From Lytechinus pictus (lineage: Eukaryota), in NCBI RefSeq assembly GCF_037042905.1, contig NC_087257.1, forward strand, positions 3,968,001-4,032,000: a DNA stretch of 64,000 nt, read 5' to 3'. Positions 1-11,700 of this stretch are shown here, in pieces. Under the pieces are notes generated by a model. It ran no database searches and had not been told where the DNA came from. It saw nothing but the letters and a program-made list of their open reading frames with translations. Position 1 is the stretch's first letter. Each line of letters begins with the position of its first letter. Both the position numbers and the translations under genes were made by a program.

Positions 1-844
1 CAAAAATAACATTTCCAACGACTAATGTATGCAGCTAAAGCAATAACAAAAAATAATAAAAAAGACGTAACAGCTACGCAAACCGAATGAATGAATGTAT
101 TAATCACATTGTCATAATCGGCAGTTAGGAATAAAAACAAAGTTTTTTTTTCATAAAGCGCCTGATCGTTTTTGTGTTTTGTTGTAAACAAACGGATGTC
201 TTTTTTATGTTATTCTATTTTGTATGTTAGACATGTTATTTTATATGCCAGCGTCTTTTTAATTTTACAATGTGATCCATTATATCATGGATGTTTTGTT
301 ATGCTTGCTATGAATGAAAAAGGATCAATAAAACATGGATTACAAGAAAAATATCAAAATACAATGGTAACGCACCATTACGCGCAGGTTTATTGATCGC
401 AATTGCCTCAATTATATAAGTTTTCTATCATTAAGCCTAATCAACATATCTGAACAAGTAAAAATTATGTTATGTAACTCAATGTGATGATAAACCTTCA
501 TCTGTGTACAATTTATATAGGTCATTTTCATATTTTTGTATCCGTTCCGCCAAGATATTTACTTAACGTCATTAGCAATTTTCTCGTTCAGTATGTCATA
601 TTGACCTCAGAATGTCATTTGTTGCCTTCAAATACGGAAATCGTGTTCGGTGCTCTTGAAGTGTTACGTAATGATAAACTTCGAGATGAAATTAATTTCT
701 TAACATAAACTAAAGACAAAATAACTAAAAAAACATACACAGGTGCTATTCTTACATAAAGTACCTTCTTTCAAATGCGGACTGAACGAGACATTCAGCC
801 AAAAATTATTCGTGTTCTCTGCATATCTAGATTTCATCTTTCTA

Positions 845-1034
845 CACAGCAAAAACTGTGGTGTTAACCGGTGTACATAAAGGACCACACCAGCTATTTT
901 ACACCGGTGTTAAATTGACAGTGTTCGTTTAACACATATAGGTGTTATTACAACACCTTTGGTTGTTACATGTATACTCTTTGGTGTTATGTAAGTTCAA
1001 TCTCTAGGGTGTAATTTTAACAGTTTTTGCAGTG
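845..1034. mobile_element. MITE with CAC...GTG termini (EnSpm/CACTA-like), TA target duplication
   Basis: TIRs CACAGCAAAAACTG / CAGTTTTTGCAGTG flanked by TA. Confidence 0.65.
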
Positions 1035-1164
1035 TATCTTAACATTTCTGATCCTCTTTCTCCCTCCCTCTCCTTCTCACATTCTCTCTCTCTGTCTGTC
1101 TGTCCCCCCCCCCCTCTCTCTCTCTCTATAAAACTTGTCCTTTATCTCATTCAGGTGGATTCAA

Positions 1165-1748
1165 AGGCCAAAGAAGTCCCCCCAGAAAAATGTTGATTTG
1201 AATCAATATAGAAAAATCAGACAAGCATAACGCTGAAAATTTCATCAAAATCGGATAAAATAAGAAAGTTATGACGTTATAAAGTTTCGCTTATATTTTC
1301 ACATAATAGTTATATGCAGAATTCAGTGACATGCAAATGAGAGAGCTGATAATGTCCCTCACTCACAATTTTTTTTATTGTTTAAAGTATACAATATTTC
1401 AATTTTTACAAATTTGACAAAAAAGGACCAACTTGACTGACACCATATTTAATGTTATACAATGGTAATTTCACATGTTCAGGGAAATATGAAACTCTTT
1501 CACATTACCGTGAGGGGAAAATTATAATATTTCATATAATAAAAAAAAAAGAAAGGTGGAAGACGTCATCAGTCTCCTGATTTGCATACAGACTAGGATG
1601 TGCATATATAACTGTTTTGTGAAATTAAGCGAAACTTGCCATATTTTTTTTTGCTTTACATCCGATTTTGATGAAATTTTTAGTGTTATGCTTGTTGTAT
1701 TTTTCTATTTTTGTTTAAATCAACTTTTTGTTGGGGTGGACTTGTCCT
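1165..1748. mobile_element. TTAA-type MITE (Kolobok-like); other copies at ~46152-46735 and ~56504-57098
   Basis: AGG...CCT termini next to TTAA; long imperfect TIRs containing GAAAATTTCATCAAAATCGGAT; three similar copies in the window. Confidence 0.75.
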
Positions 1749-4700
1749 TTAACTTATTATGCAACCCTCGTACAATTACTAGTTGTCGCACTCTGAAGAC
1801 AAAATCACCGACACATTTCTCTCTAGTCAATTTCAAGATCAATAATTCAATTTTTAAATCAAGTAGTTCTCCGCGATATAAATAATTCAATCGGCAATAA
1901 CGTAATCAAATCAATCAATGATCCGTATTTCTCTATCTGTATATGGTCTCATCTGTGTCTTTCTCTCTGCGGTTCCATGACATTTCCTCCTACAATTGCT
2001 CCAATGGAAAATCCGCGCGTGAAGCCAAGCATAAATCCAATCTCGAAGACTAACCCCCCCATTCATTACCCTTATGTTATTCTTAAGCAAAAACTCTATT
2101 TTAATCCTTACTCTAACCCTATACCCTCTGATATAATAAGACCAGAGCAATTGTCGCAGGAGCAAATGTCTTGTCACTCTCTCGGTCACTGCCTCTTCTA
2201 TCTATCTCTCTCTCCCACTCTATCACCCTCTCTTTCAAACTCTCTCTCTCTTGTATCGCAATGCTTCGGCGCTCATGGCACTTTCATGGGGAGGGGGTAA
2301 ACTTTCCAGGCACTGTATATTGATAACAGTGACAGCATCAAAACAAAGATACTGACACATACCTATTCGGTCAATGTCAAGAGCAATTTATTTCTTTTGA
2401 CCACGTAGTTTTTCAAAACCATTACAGTTGTACATCGAGAAAACTATATTTGTACCTTTTCATTCAAAATGATTACTTTATATGTATTACATAAACAATA
2501 CAATTTTTAATTTACTGCGAGCAGATAAAATCGTTGACCTACAGTATGCCTGCTTCATTGTATATATTGCAGTTTCAATTTTATTTTTTGATGTTGAAAT
2601 TTTTTTTCTCATTGATATCAACTGGTTCAAGACTGTAAGATAATAAACATATAGCTTTAAAGGATGGTGGTTAGGTAAAAATATAAGTAAAAGGTTAAAA
2701 AGCATTTATAAAGAAAAAAAGGAAATTTCCTATTTCAATATAAGATGTTAGATAAATCGCTAAAATAATCAAGTTCTATTAATGTGGGCAACGGGGAAGA
2801 CAAATGCTATACCTGCATCAACGATTTAAAAATAAGCAGTTTTGTTTTTTTAACCCATTATTTTCGACGGTGGAAAATGAGTCCTCCCCCCCTCCCGAAA
2901 AAAACATTGATGCACAACATGGTACTTGTATGGCCAGGGGCGGATCCAGGATTTTCCAAGGGGGGGGGGGCACATTTCCCAGAGGAAATTTGACAAGCAA
3001 AACAAAAAGAAAAAAGGTTTTCATCCCAAATGTAAGGTCATTTCGTTCACGAAAAAAATGACAAGCCGCCCCCCAAAAAAGAAAGGTCCTCGCTTTCAAG
3101 GGGGGGGGGGGCACACTTGTGTTATAACGACATATTTACTTAAACAAATTTGATTATGCCTCTCAAGGGGGGGGGGGGGAGGGGGGCACGGGCCGCAAGA
3201 TTCGAAAGTCCTGAGTGAGCGAACCTAGTACGTCAAAATTGTTACCTTAAGTTAAAAAAAATAAAAATCCAACTTTTAGGGTTGATTTCGATATGGTTTT
3301 CAGAAAATAACGTCATATCTTACCCTTTTTCATTTTCTTTTCTCCCATTTCCCTTTTTCCCCTTGGTCATGGGACCTTCTTTTACAGGGGCCATGTATTC
3401 CACGCTCCATCTGTACGTCAGTGACGTACTTTAATTAGTACTGAAAATTGTCTTGTTAATGTCAACTTGATGTTGTTTATTAGTTTTTTCTTATTAGCGA
3501 AAAAAAATGAATCATTGAGAACACTCAGAAAGGATATTCAACCATTTCAAACGGAGCCCATCAGTTATGAATAGCTGGTGTAGAACGTTCTTAATCCATC
3601 CCATCTATCCATTAGGTCTGTCATTATTCATTTATTTCATTTTCATTCATGTATTCATATCATATTCCCAAGTTATTGAGTCCTGGATTCATTCATTCAG
3701 TCCTTCATTAATTGAGTGATTCATTCATTCATTCAGCCATCCATTCATTCATATATTCATTGATCAATTCTTTCTTTCACTCGTTCATCTATTCACCCAT
3801 TTACGGTTTTAATCGATTGATTCACTCCCTCCCTTATTCATCAATCCATCCATCCATCCATTCATTCTAGCGGTATGCAGATGTCATTAGTACCTTTGAA
3901 TAATATCACACAACGACACATTGTTTATCATAATTATATAAATTTACTTTTACTACACTAGTTCATGATCAAAAGGATGTCCCATGAAAGTAATCAGTGC
4001 AAATATGGACGTAGTATGGAGGAAAAATCCACATACAGTATATATTAGTACTTAAAAACAACGTTGCTTCTGGGGATAGTACAAAAGCTTGCCCAAGCAT
4101 CTAATAATATAAAAAAAATTACAATATTTGTATAGTGCTTATCACAAAGAAGGTCTCTAAGCACGATGATTAGGACAATGCATGATGCTGATGACTGACA
4201 TATCAAATACTTCTCAAAAAATGATGTGATCAAAATGGCATAAAAGTATGAATATTTTACCCTAGCTTCAGAACAAGAATAACAAGTTATATATTATGAT
4301 TTAATGAAATCTGAAAGGATTTGAAAGTAAGAGTGATAATTTTCTATTTCCCCCATCTAATTACGCCTTTCAATTACAATAAAATATCTTTAAAAAAAAA
4401 TATCAATGCTTCATCAAAATTGTATGTGGTAAAAGTCAGATATTCAATAATAGTAACAAAGGAAAAAGACTGGGGTGAACATTTCCAAGAGCTCTAGATT
4501 TCTGAAAGATAAGAAACCTTTTTTTCTAACTATTGCATTCACTCACCATGACAGAGAAGAATAAATATATAAAAAGTGTATTTGTTGCATAAAAGTATTT
4601 AAAATTCCTCTGAACAATAAACATAAATCTGAAAATTCAAATATTTTGACATAAAAAGGTACTAAAAAAACTCCTGTATATAACTTGGGATTAGAGTCAG

Positions 4701-4844
4701 AAGCCTAGTCAATGAAAATTATAAGAATAAAATCAGAGATGAATATATTAGCCATGATTATACAACAGTTCGGAATAAAAAAAAAAAAATCATCAGGCCT
4801 TAGATTAATTGAGAAGTTTAGATACCCCCTCGCTTTGTTACAAC

Positions 4845-5105
4845 CGGTGTGATGGCTCAGTTGGTAGAGCATCATCTCACAACCGTGAGGTCGGGGGTTC
4901 AAACCCTGGCCGCGTCAGACCAGAAGACGTTAAAAGACGGGAGTTGCTGCTATCCTGTTTGCCGTTCAATGATTAAAGGAATAGAGCCTCGTCGATCTGG
5001 CACTGCACAGTGGCTGCCGGGCTTACGATCAATTGGGCAAAGCAAATTTTCAGAGTATTTCATTTCATGTCTATTTCGAATAATAAAATATGGATTTTCA
5101 TCATT
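4845..5105 (+). mobile_element. tRNA-derived SINE
   Basis: A box TGGCTCAGTTGG, B box GGTTCAAACCC, then GTCAGACCAGAAGAC...AAAA central domain similar to the SINE at 38898. Confidence 0.75.
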
Positions 5106-5433
5106 TTTAAAAAAAGATATTCTGAAAGTATAAGAGTGAACTCCAATATTGAGAGTTCCATACTAAAATAATGGCAATTAAAGGTGACTGTGGATCTTCA
5201 CAGAATTTCACTTCAATAAATGCACATTCACAGTCTTCTCATGACCATGCGACTGGCAATAAGGGGTCAATCACGCCCCTGGTAATGGCAAAACTTGCGC
5301 TACTCTTGTTGCTGAACCATGGGGTTGTTTCACCAAGAGATAAGTGTGACATATAAAACCATGCTCACACACCAATGCACACATATTTGAAATGTAATCT
5401 CATTGTTGAACATTCAATAGCACATTCACTTGG

Positions 5434-5709
5434 AGTTTGATTTAAGCCTATTTCAGCTCTTTGTGAAACACCCTCCTCTCAGGACAGTTTCACTTGTAGG
5501 AGCGGCTTCGTGCACAGAACTGGAAATTAAAGTTTGATTTATGTCTAACTTAACTTTTTGTGAAACAACCCCCTCGTAGGACAGTTTCACTTGTAGGAGA
5601 TGGCTTTGTTCACAGAACTAAATATTTAAGTTTGATTTAAGTCTATCTTAGCTCTTTGTGAAACAACCTCCTCTCAGGACAGTTTCACTTGTAGGAGCTG
5701 GCTTTGTGC
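5434..5709. repeat. Three ~98-bp tandem units overlapping the DUS3L stop codon
   Basis: Units start at 5434, 5531 and 5629; each contains TTTGTGAAACA.C..CCTC..AGGACAGTTTCACTTGTAGGAG. Confidence 0.9.
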
Positions 5710-8700
5710 TTTGGTAAGAACAGGAAGTCATCAGGTACAGGACCAAGGAACATTTCACTGAAAATAAAGAGAAGAGATCCCCACATAATTTTAAGTAATA
5801 ATAGCAATGCACAATGAAATATACTCCTAAAATTTTGAGGAAAGGCAATCAGGAACCTTTCATTTACTTCAATTGAAAGAATGATATAACACAAACATAA
5901 ATAACAAAATTAATTAAGATCATCAAGCATTTTTTAAAAGGATAACACCTCCTCTGACTTTGAAGTAAAACTCATCAGACCCGCATGGATCCAATGGGGG
6001 CAGTTAGCACGGATGATTGATGTTTTGATATGATCCTGACCCCCCAAAGTGTGGAAGTCTATTAGAGACTTACCCACGGATAGATTCAAGGACAAGCACA
6101 TTCATCACCAAATCATTGGACAATCCTGCCACATCCTTGAAGAGTTAATACCTGATTTTGACCAAGATGGCACAGTTAGGACTGACCATCAAAGTTTTAA
6201 AAACCATCCAAACCAACAGAGTATTGGTCTTCGTTAGCACTAGCCATCAATGTTTCCAGATCATTCTGACCAACAAGACAAGGAGGTCTTTGAACAAGTG
6301 TGACTTCATGATCAAGCTAAACATCAACAAAACATAGGACAATTGCTCTTTAGCCTTTGATGTAGAGCGTTGTCTTACTTGAGGGAAGATTGGATGTTCA
6401 AGGACACCCAAAATCCCATTGTCATATTATAGGCCAATCCTTCATCTGGGGCCTGTTGCAGAAAGAGTTGCGTTCAAACACAATACGGGTGCTTCAATGG
6501 CTGAAAATCAAGTTGCGCAAGATTTTTTGAGTTGCGTTTGATTGCAACTCTTTCTGCAACGGGCCCCAGAGCTTTGAATTTGATCTAATCTCACCTGATC
6601 TTGACCCAGTCGGCGCAGTTAGCACTCGCCATCAGGGTTTCCAGGTCATTCCGACCGACAAAGTAAGGAGGTCTTTCGTTGATCTTCTGAGGTGGTCTTT
6701 CCAAGACTCCCACCGGGATGTATCGGTGGAGGAACGAGAGCCACTCTAACAGGAATCTCCTTGTCTTCCGCACTCCCTGCATCAAGGAAATCACAAATTC
6801 AATCTTAAAGCTTTGTTCGAGTTCTGGTATAGAGATCTAATTTTGACACGAAATGGTTGGAAGCAATCCAAAAGTACTCTGCAATGCCTATTTTGAATAA
6901 CAAAGTTTAATTAAAATAATTTAGGCTTGCTCCCATTTTTTTTCTGTCATTTTTATGTTCATCATTTGCTCATTATTCTACTATCATACATTTACCTGAA
7001 AAATTGTCAGGCAGATTTCATTTATTTTTCTTCACGATTCTGTTGATTTTTGTTCAATTCCGACAGCATTGTATTTTCTATTGTTACCAATACAAAAGTA
7101 TTGTCCTAACAACTTCAACAGAGACAGCGGGATCGACATCCCCGACTTCTGGATGCGAACCATCCGACAGCACAATACCCCCTTACCTGGCAGTGCACGC
7201 CGACCCGTTTTTTGAAAGAACGCATCTTTCTCACTAGATGCACGATTGATTCAGCTAAGACGGAATACGAAACTTTAAAAGCCGATATCAAAGAGACTAT
7301 GCAAGCCCAACATAGTACAGACATTCTGAAGGTTAATGAAAATATCTACGCAGATGTTTTCGCTAAATGCAAGAAAAGGCAACAGGCTAAATTTGAAAAG
7401 TTGATACAACCCAAATCGAAGAAGGTCACCGCCTCATTAGCGAATGAGGATAAATGGGTTGTTAACCTATCCTCGAGACAGATCACCTCCACCGAGGAAC
7501 AATTGCTTAAGAAAGGCCTCGCCTTTGCCGTGTCGCCCCAAAAATTGCCCATTACCGAGATTGTAGCTAAGGTTGAAACCGCGGTCAAGTATATTGATCC
7601 AGTTTCGGCCGATGCCGCACGAAAAGATGTAGATTCCATTCTACAGAGAGCACGTCCTCCGAAACCGAATACCACAAGAGAGATGCGTGATGCTCTTAAG
7701 ACACTCAAGAATGATGATAGCATCACAATCCTCCCTGCGGATAAGGGTAGTGCCACAATCATTTTAGATAGTACCGCCTACGAAGACAAAATGACCGAGC
7801 TTCTGAGCTCTGGTCCGTATAAAATGCTAAAGAAAGACCCCACAGATCGAATGTGTCGCAAACTGACCAGTACGTTACTGGCACTAAAGAAAGACAAAGT
7901 TCTAGATGAGGCTACATACAAAAAGATAAAGCCCACACAGAAACAGCCACCTAGAGTTTACGGGTTGCCCAAAATACACAAACCCGGGATACCTCTCAGA
8001 CCAATAGTATCATGCATAGGTTCATTTGCCTATAACCTATCAAAGTACCTGGCGGACATCCTGTCCCCTCTCACTAACTGCTCAGAACACACGGTTTCCA
8101 ACTCCAGTGAATTCGCTGAATTCACATCAGAGCAGACAGTCAACGAACAGGAATCCATGATCTCTTTTGATGTAGTCTCCCTCTTCACTAACATACCGAT
8201 AGAGGGCGCATGCAGTACGGCCCTGCAACGCATGCAATCCGACCCCACATTATCAGAACGTACCACACTTATGCCCGAACAAATAGCCGAACTCCTGGAG
8301 TTCGTCCTCAGATCCACATATTTTCTGTACAGAGGCTCTTTCTATGAGCAAACAGAAGGAGCAGCAATGGGTAGCCCAGTCTCAGCGGTTGTGGCTAACC
8401 TATATATGGAAGGTTTTGAACAGAACGCTTTGCTCAAGTGTCCTTCCACATGCCACCCTCGGGTGTGGAAGAGATACGTCGATGACACTTTCATAATCGT
8501 AAATAGATCCGAAACAGACAGCCTACTCTCATACATGAATAGCCAGCAACCGTCCATCCAGTTCACTCTGGAGACTGAGCAAGGAGGGAAATTAGCATTC
8601 CTTGACACGCTAGTCCAAAGACACGAGGGCGGGAAACTCTCCACCTCTGTCTACCGCAAGCCCACTCATACAGACCAATACATACCATATGATTCTCATC

Positions 8701-11700
8701 ACGACAAATCGGTCAAGAAGGGTCTTGTTAAGTGCCTGTTCGACAGAGCAGCACGTATCATAACTCACCCACCTGAACTCCCGAAAGAAAGAGCACACAT
8801 ACGTGGCGCCTTGTACAGCAACGGCTACCCACGCCGTTTTATCAAGAACACTTTCAAGAAAAAACAACCACCAAGGGATCAGAAGGTTTTCAAGACTTGC
8901 ACAGTCTTGCCATACATAGATGGCCTTTCACAACAACTTAAACGCCGATTAGAAGGTCACGGTATTCGAACGGTTTTCCGCTCGGACACCACCTTACACA
9001 AACAGCTTGTACACCCCAAAGACCCTATCCCTGATCACAGACGTGATGGCGTAGTATACAACATTCCTTGCCAGGGATGTGACGGGTCTTACATCGGAGA
9101 AACAGCCCGACCGATAGTTGAACGCATTTCTGAACACAAGCGCGATGTTCGGTTACAGCGAACCGACACATCCGCGGTGGCAGAACATGTTTGGGAGAAG
9201 CAACACCACCCAGATTGGGAGGGTGTACATTGCATTGCCAAAGAGAGACATTGGTATACACGCAGGATTAAGGAGGCTATTAATATACGTCTTTGTCCTA
9301 ACAACTTCAACAGAGACAGCGGGATCGACATCCCCGACTTCTGGATGCGAACCATCCGACAGCACAATACCCCCTTACCTGGCAGTGCACGCCGACCCGA
9401 TCGTTCCCGGCCCCGAACGAGGGACCGCTCAGCTAGTCAGCCCCCGCCCACGGGAAACTAGCGAGCCCGCCAATTTTGTCTAATTTGCATATTGCCTACC
9501 CACGGCGTATTTGCATATACCCCCGGCTTATTTGCATATACGGATTACCGGCCGCACCGCATACCGACGCAACGGATCAATGCCCACCTATTGTTCTCGC
9601 GTTCGTGCGTACGGTCCTGGAGATTAGTATAAATAGAGTACGTTATCAGATAATTTTCGTCACTTGATAAAGAGTTGCAGCGGCACTCGAAAGCTCGTGA
9701 ACTTGTAAGCTAGTGAACACTTTTTGCGAGAGTGATCACGAATTTCCTAGAAAGCCAGTGAACACTTTTTGCGAGAGTGATCACGAATTTCCTTGTTGAC
9801 CATAGTAGATTGCGAGACAAATGAATACCCTCTAGCGATTATTTCAAATCTGCAATAATGAACCTATTTAGTACAAAAGTTTATCTTTCAGGGGGTGAGC
9901 AAATCAAAACAGGTGGTTTGGTAATGTTTTTAATCCTTCTGATCATGTTGAAATTAATTTTGTAGTAATTTCTTTTTCTATTCAAGAAGAAATCATGTGT
10001 CTTCTGTACTCCCTCCATCAAGGAAATCACAAACTCAATCTGAAGCGTTTAAAATTTTTATTTGGTGATGTTTTCTCAAACTTCTCTTCATGCTAAATTA
10101 ACTGCTATAGCTGGCCAGCTGTGTTCTGAAGCAGTATTTCTATGATCAGATATTTAGACATATATTTTAACATTAGATTTGTACACACAAGGAAATGACT
10201 GTAATCACTTAGGCCTGATGGAAAATGCACAAAGATAACAAGATGGTACATCAATAAAAGCAACATTCATGAATAATAAACATTCATTTTCATCCCATTA
10301 GATTCTACAAGTTTGGTTAAAGAGATGGTCCGGCCTGAAAGTATTTATAGCTTAATAAAAAGAGTAGAATTCACTGAGCAAAATGCCGAAAATTTCATCA
10401 AAATCGGATAACAAATAACAAAGTTATTGAATTTTAAATTATAGCAATATTTTGTGAAAACAGTCGTCATGAATATTCATTAGGTGGGCTGATGATGTCA
10501 CATCCCCATTTGTTCTTTTGTATTTTATTATATGAAATTAGGTTTATTCAAATTTTTTCCTCCAAGAACAAGAAAAATTGGATTGACAACTGATTTAGTG
10601 CATTAGATATTTATTGAAATAAGGGGAAAAAAAAGAATTTTATGTAATAACATAAGAAAACGGAAAGTGGGGATGTGACCTCATCAGCCCATCTAATGAA
10701 TATTCATAATGACTGTTTTCACAAAATATTGCTAAACTTTAAACTTCAATAACTTTATTATTTGTTATACGATTTTGATGAAATTTTCGGCATTTTGCTC
10801 TTTGAATTCTACTCTATGTATTAAGATATAAATATTTTCAGCCCGGACCATCCCTTTAATACACAATGCCTGGATGGAATCAAACTGACTATTCAGTGAC
10901 TTACCGGAGTGTCTGAACCCCAATGTAAGAGCCCTAGGTTTACATAATCCTGTAGTATGTCAAAGCGCTCACTGGATGAGATATCCCAGTGTCTATAAAA
11001 TGTAGAGAGGAGAGGAAGAATGATAGGTTAAAGGGATATGGGTTTTGAGAAAAATGCCCCAAAATAATGGTGTCTTTCAGATTTGAAGTAGTGATATATG
11101 ATGAATATCAAATTCAAAAGATTCTATGAAATGATGATGTCATAACAATGATGATGATGGTGAATAATAATAATAATAATATGCAACATTTATATAGCGC
11201 TTAATACAAATGTTTCTAAAGCGCTGCATACTATTACCACAGCTTTCGCACAGCTATCCTGATCGGACGCTCCAGCATTCAAGGAATTCCTTCCTACCCA
11301 TGGAATTGATGATGATCTTATCAGGTAACTATTTAACACCTGGGTGGAGAGTAGCAAAAATGCGAATTGACTTTTTTTTCACCGGATGCCGGTGCCTCTG
11401 TGGGATTCGAAAACACATTCCTCAGATCATGCGGCAAATGTCAGAACTACTACACTACAGCACTTTCAAAAGATGACCCATATCAACTTTGAAGGTTGAA
11501 CAGCTTCATAGTATAGTAAACACACAACTTTTAGAAAATCTGAGTTGTACCTCTGTTCTTTGATCTCAGTGAATATCCATGGTTTGATGAGGGCACCTCT
11601 GGCTATCATCTGGCCAGCCGATCCACTCCTCTCACGGAAGAAATTTGCATCTTCGAACGAAAGGATGTCTCCGTTTCCTATGTGGAACAAAGAGTATACT

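Larger units (their letters stand above)
7100..9871 (+). mobile_element. Penelope-like retroelement (Penelope/Poseidon type), in DUS3L intron 10, antisense to host
   Basis: RT + GIY-YIG ORF; 107-bp direct repeat (7101-7207 = 9293-9399, pseudo-LTR remnant); flanked by candidate 9-bp TSD TACAAAAGT (7091-7099 / 9872-9880). Confidence 0.93.

Noticed and set aside
4845-4920. tRNA genes at SINE heads (also 16765, 20597, 38898)
   Set aside because: Acceptor stems do not pair and the sequence continues into SINE core and tail.
5434-5709. CRISPR-like array (also the 42-bp repeats at 9707-9793)
   Set aside because: Whole units are homologous with no unique spacers; eukaryotic context and no cas genes.
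7346-9367. Minus-strand ORFs over the PLE (likewise 12811-13254, 51620-53101 and 63699-63989 opposite other real ORFs)
   Set aside because: Antisense shadows of real coding sequence with no recognisable motifs.
10485-10500. Other CTGATGA matches as hammerhead cores (also ~4188, ~21785, ~34932)
   Set aside because: No stem II plus GAAA plus closing stem I in context.
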